Program-made: the position numbers and the translations under genes | Part shown: positions 63,808 to 64,000 of the stretch, piece by piece | How positions within the stretch are numbered: position 1 is the stretch's first letter | Layout of the letters: each line of letters begins with the position of its first letter | Notes under the pieces: generated by a model | The model's database searches: none | What the model was told of the DNA's origin: nothing | What the model saw: the letters and a program-made list of their open reading frames with translations, nothing else | Origin: Amoebidium appalachense | Taxonomy: Eukaryota > Protista > Ichthyosporea | DNA length: 64,000 nt | Assembly (NCBI GenBank): GCA_963693365.1 | Contig: CAVNZM010000014.1 | Location: forward strand, 1,054,001 to 1,118,000 | Direction: 5' to 3'

Positions 63808-63990
63808 TGCCCAATCACAGGCCCAGGGGTGACGTCACACTAGATTCGAGGGTGAGCAGACTCAGGTCGCTGGCTCCATCCTCCCAGCCAACCAGTGACT
63901 CACCGTGCCTGCAGAGAGATGACGTCAAGAAATTGTATCCCCCCCCCCCCCCCCCCCCCTCCCTCTCGAAACAAGAGCGCAGACCAATCA
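63808..63990. promoter_or_regulatory. Cluster of bZIP and CCAAT motifs, a possible promoter of a gene beyond the right edge
   Basis: CCAATCA (~63811 and ~63984), two TGACGTCA palindromes (~63830 and ~63920) and TGACTCA (63896-63902) within 180 bp, following a long A-run. Confidence 0.35.
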
Positions 63991-64000
63991 TGAATGGATG

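Overview
This is eukaryotic genomic DNA with many introns. Nearly every intron carries poly(C)/poly(G) runs and (CA)n/(TG)n microsatellites, so most of the long low-complexity ORFs in the track are artefacts. The organism cannot be identified from the window; a unicellular, possibly holozoan, eukaryote is my guess only. Manual GT-AG, phase-consistent exon assembly gives seven genes: (1) a sugar-1-phosphate nucleotidyltransferase-type gene (-, runs off the left edge); (2) a secreted Cys-containing repeat protein (+) frameshifted by a 25-nt duplication that may have created a new intron; (3) a 23-exon STE20-type kinase fused to a putative RA/ubiquitin-like domain and a RasGAP domain (+, ~854 aa); (4) a secreted GH114 hydrolase (+); (5) an intronless carnosine-synthase/L-amino-acid-ligase-like ATP-grasp enzyme (+); (6) and (7) a head-to-head pair of RNA-binding protein genes, CELF (-) and DAZAP1/hnRNP-A/B-like (+). 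Mobile DNA includes a degenerate hAT transposase, several MITE/foldback elements and a poly(A) retroposon fragment with a 13-bp TSD. There is also a dispersed family of 5'-variable elements that share a 3' end running into poly(C). All protein family calls come from motif recognition by eye; no database search was run.
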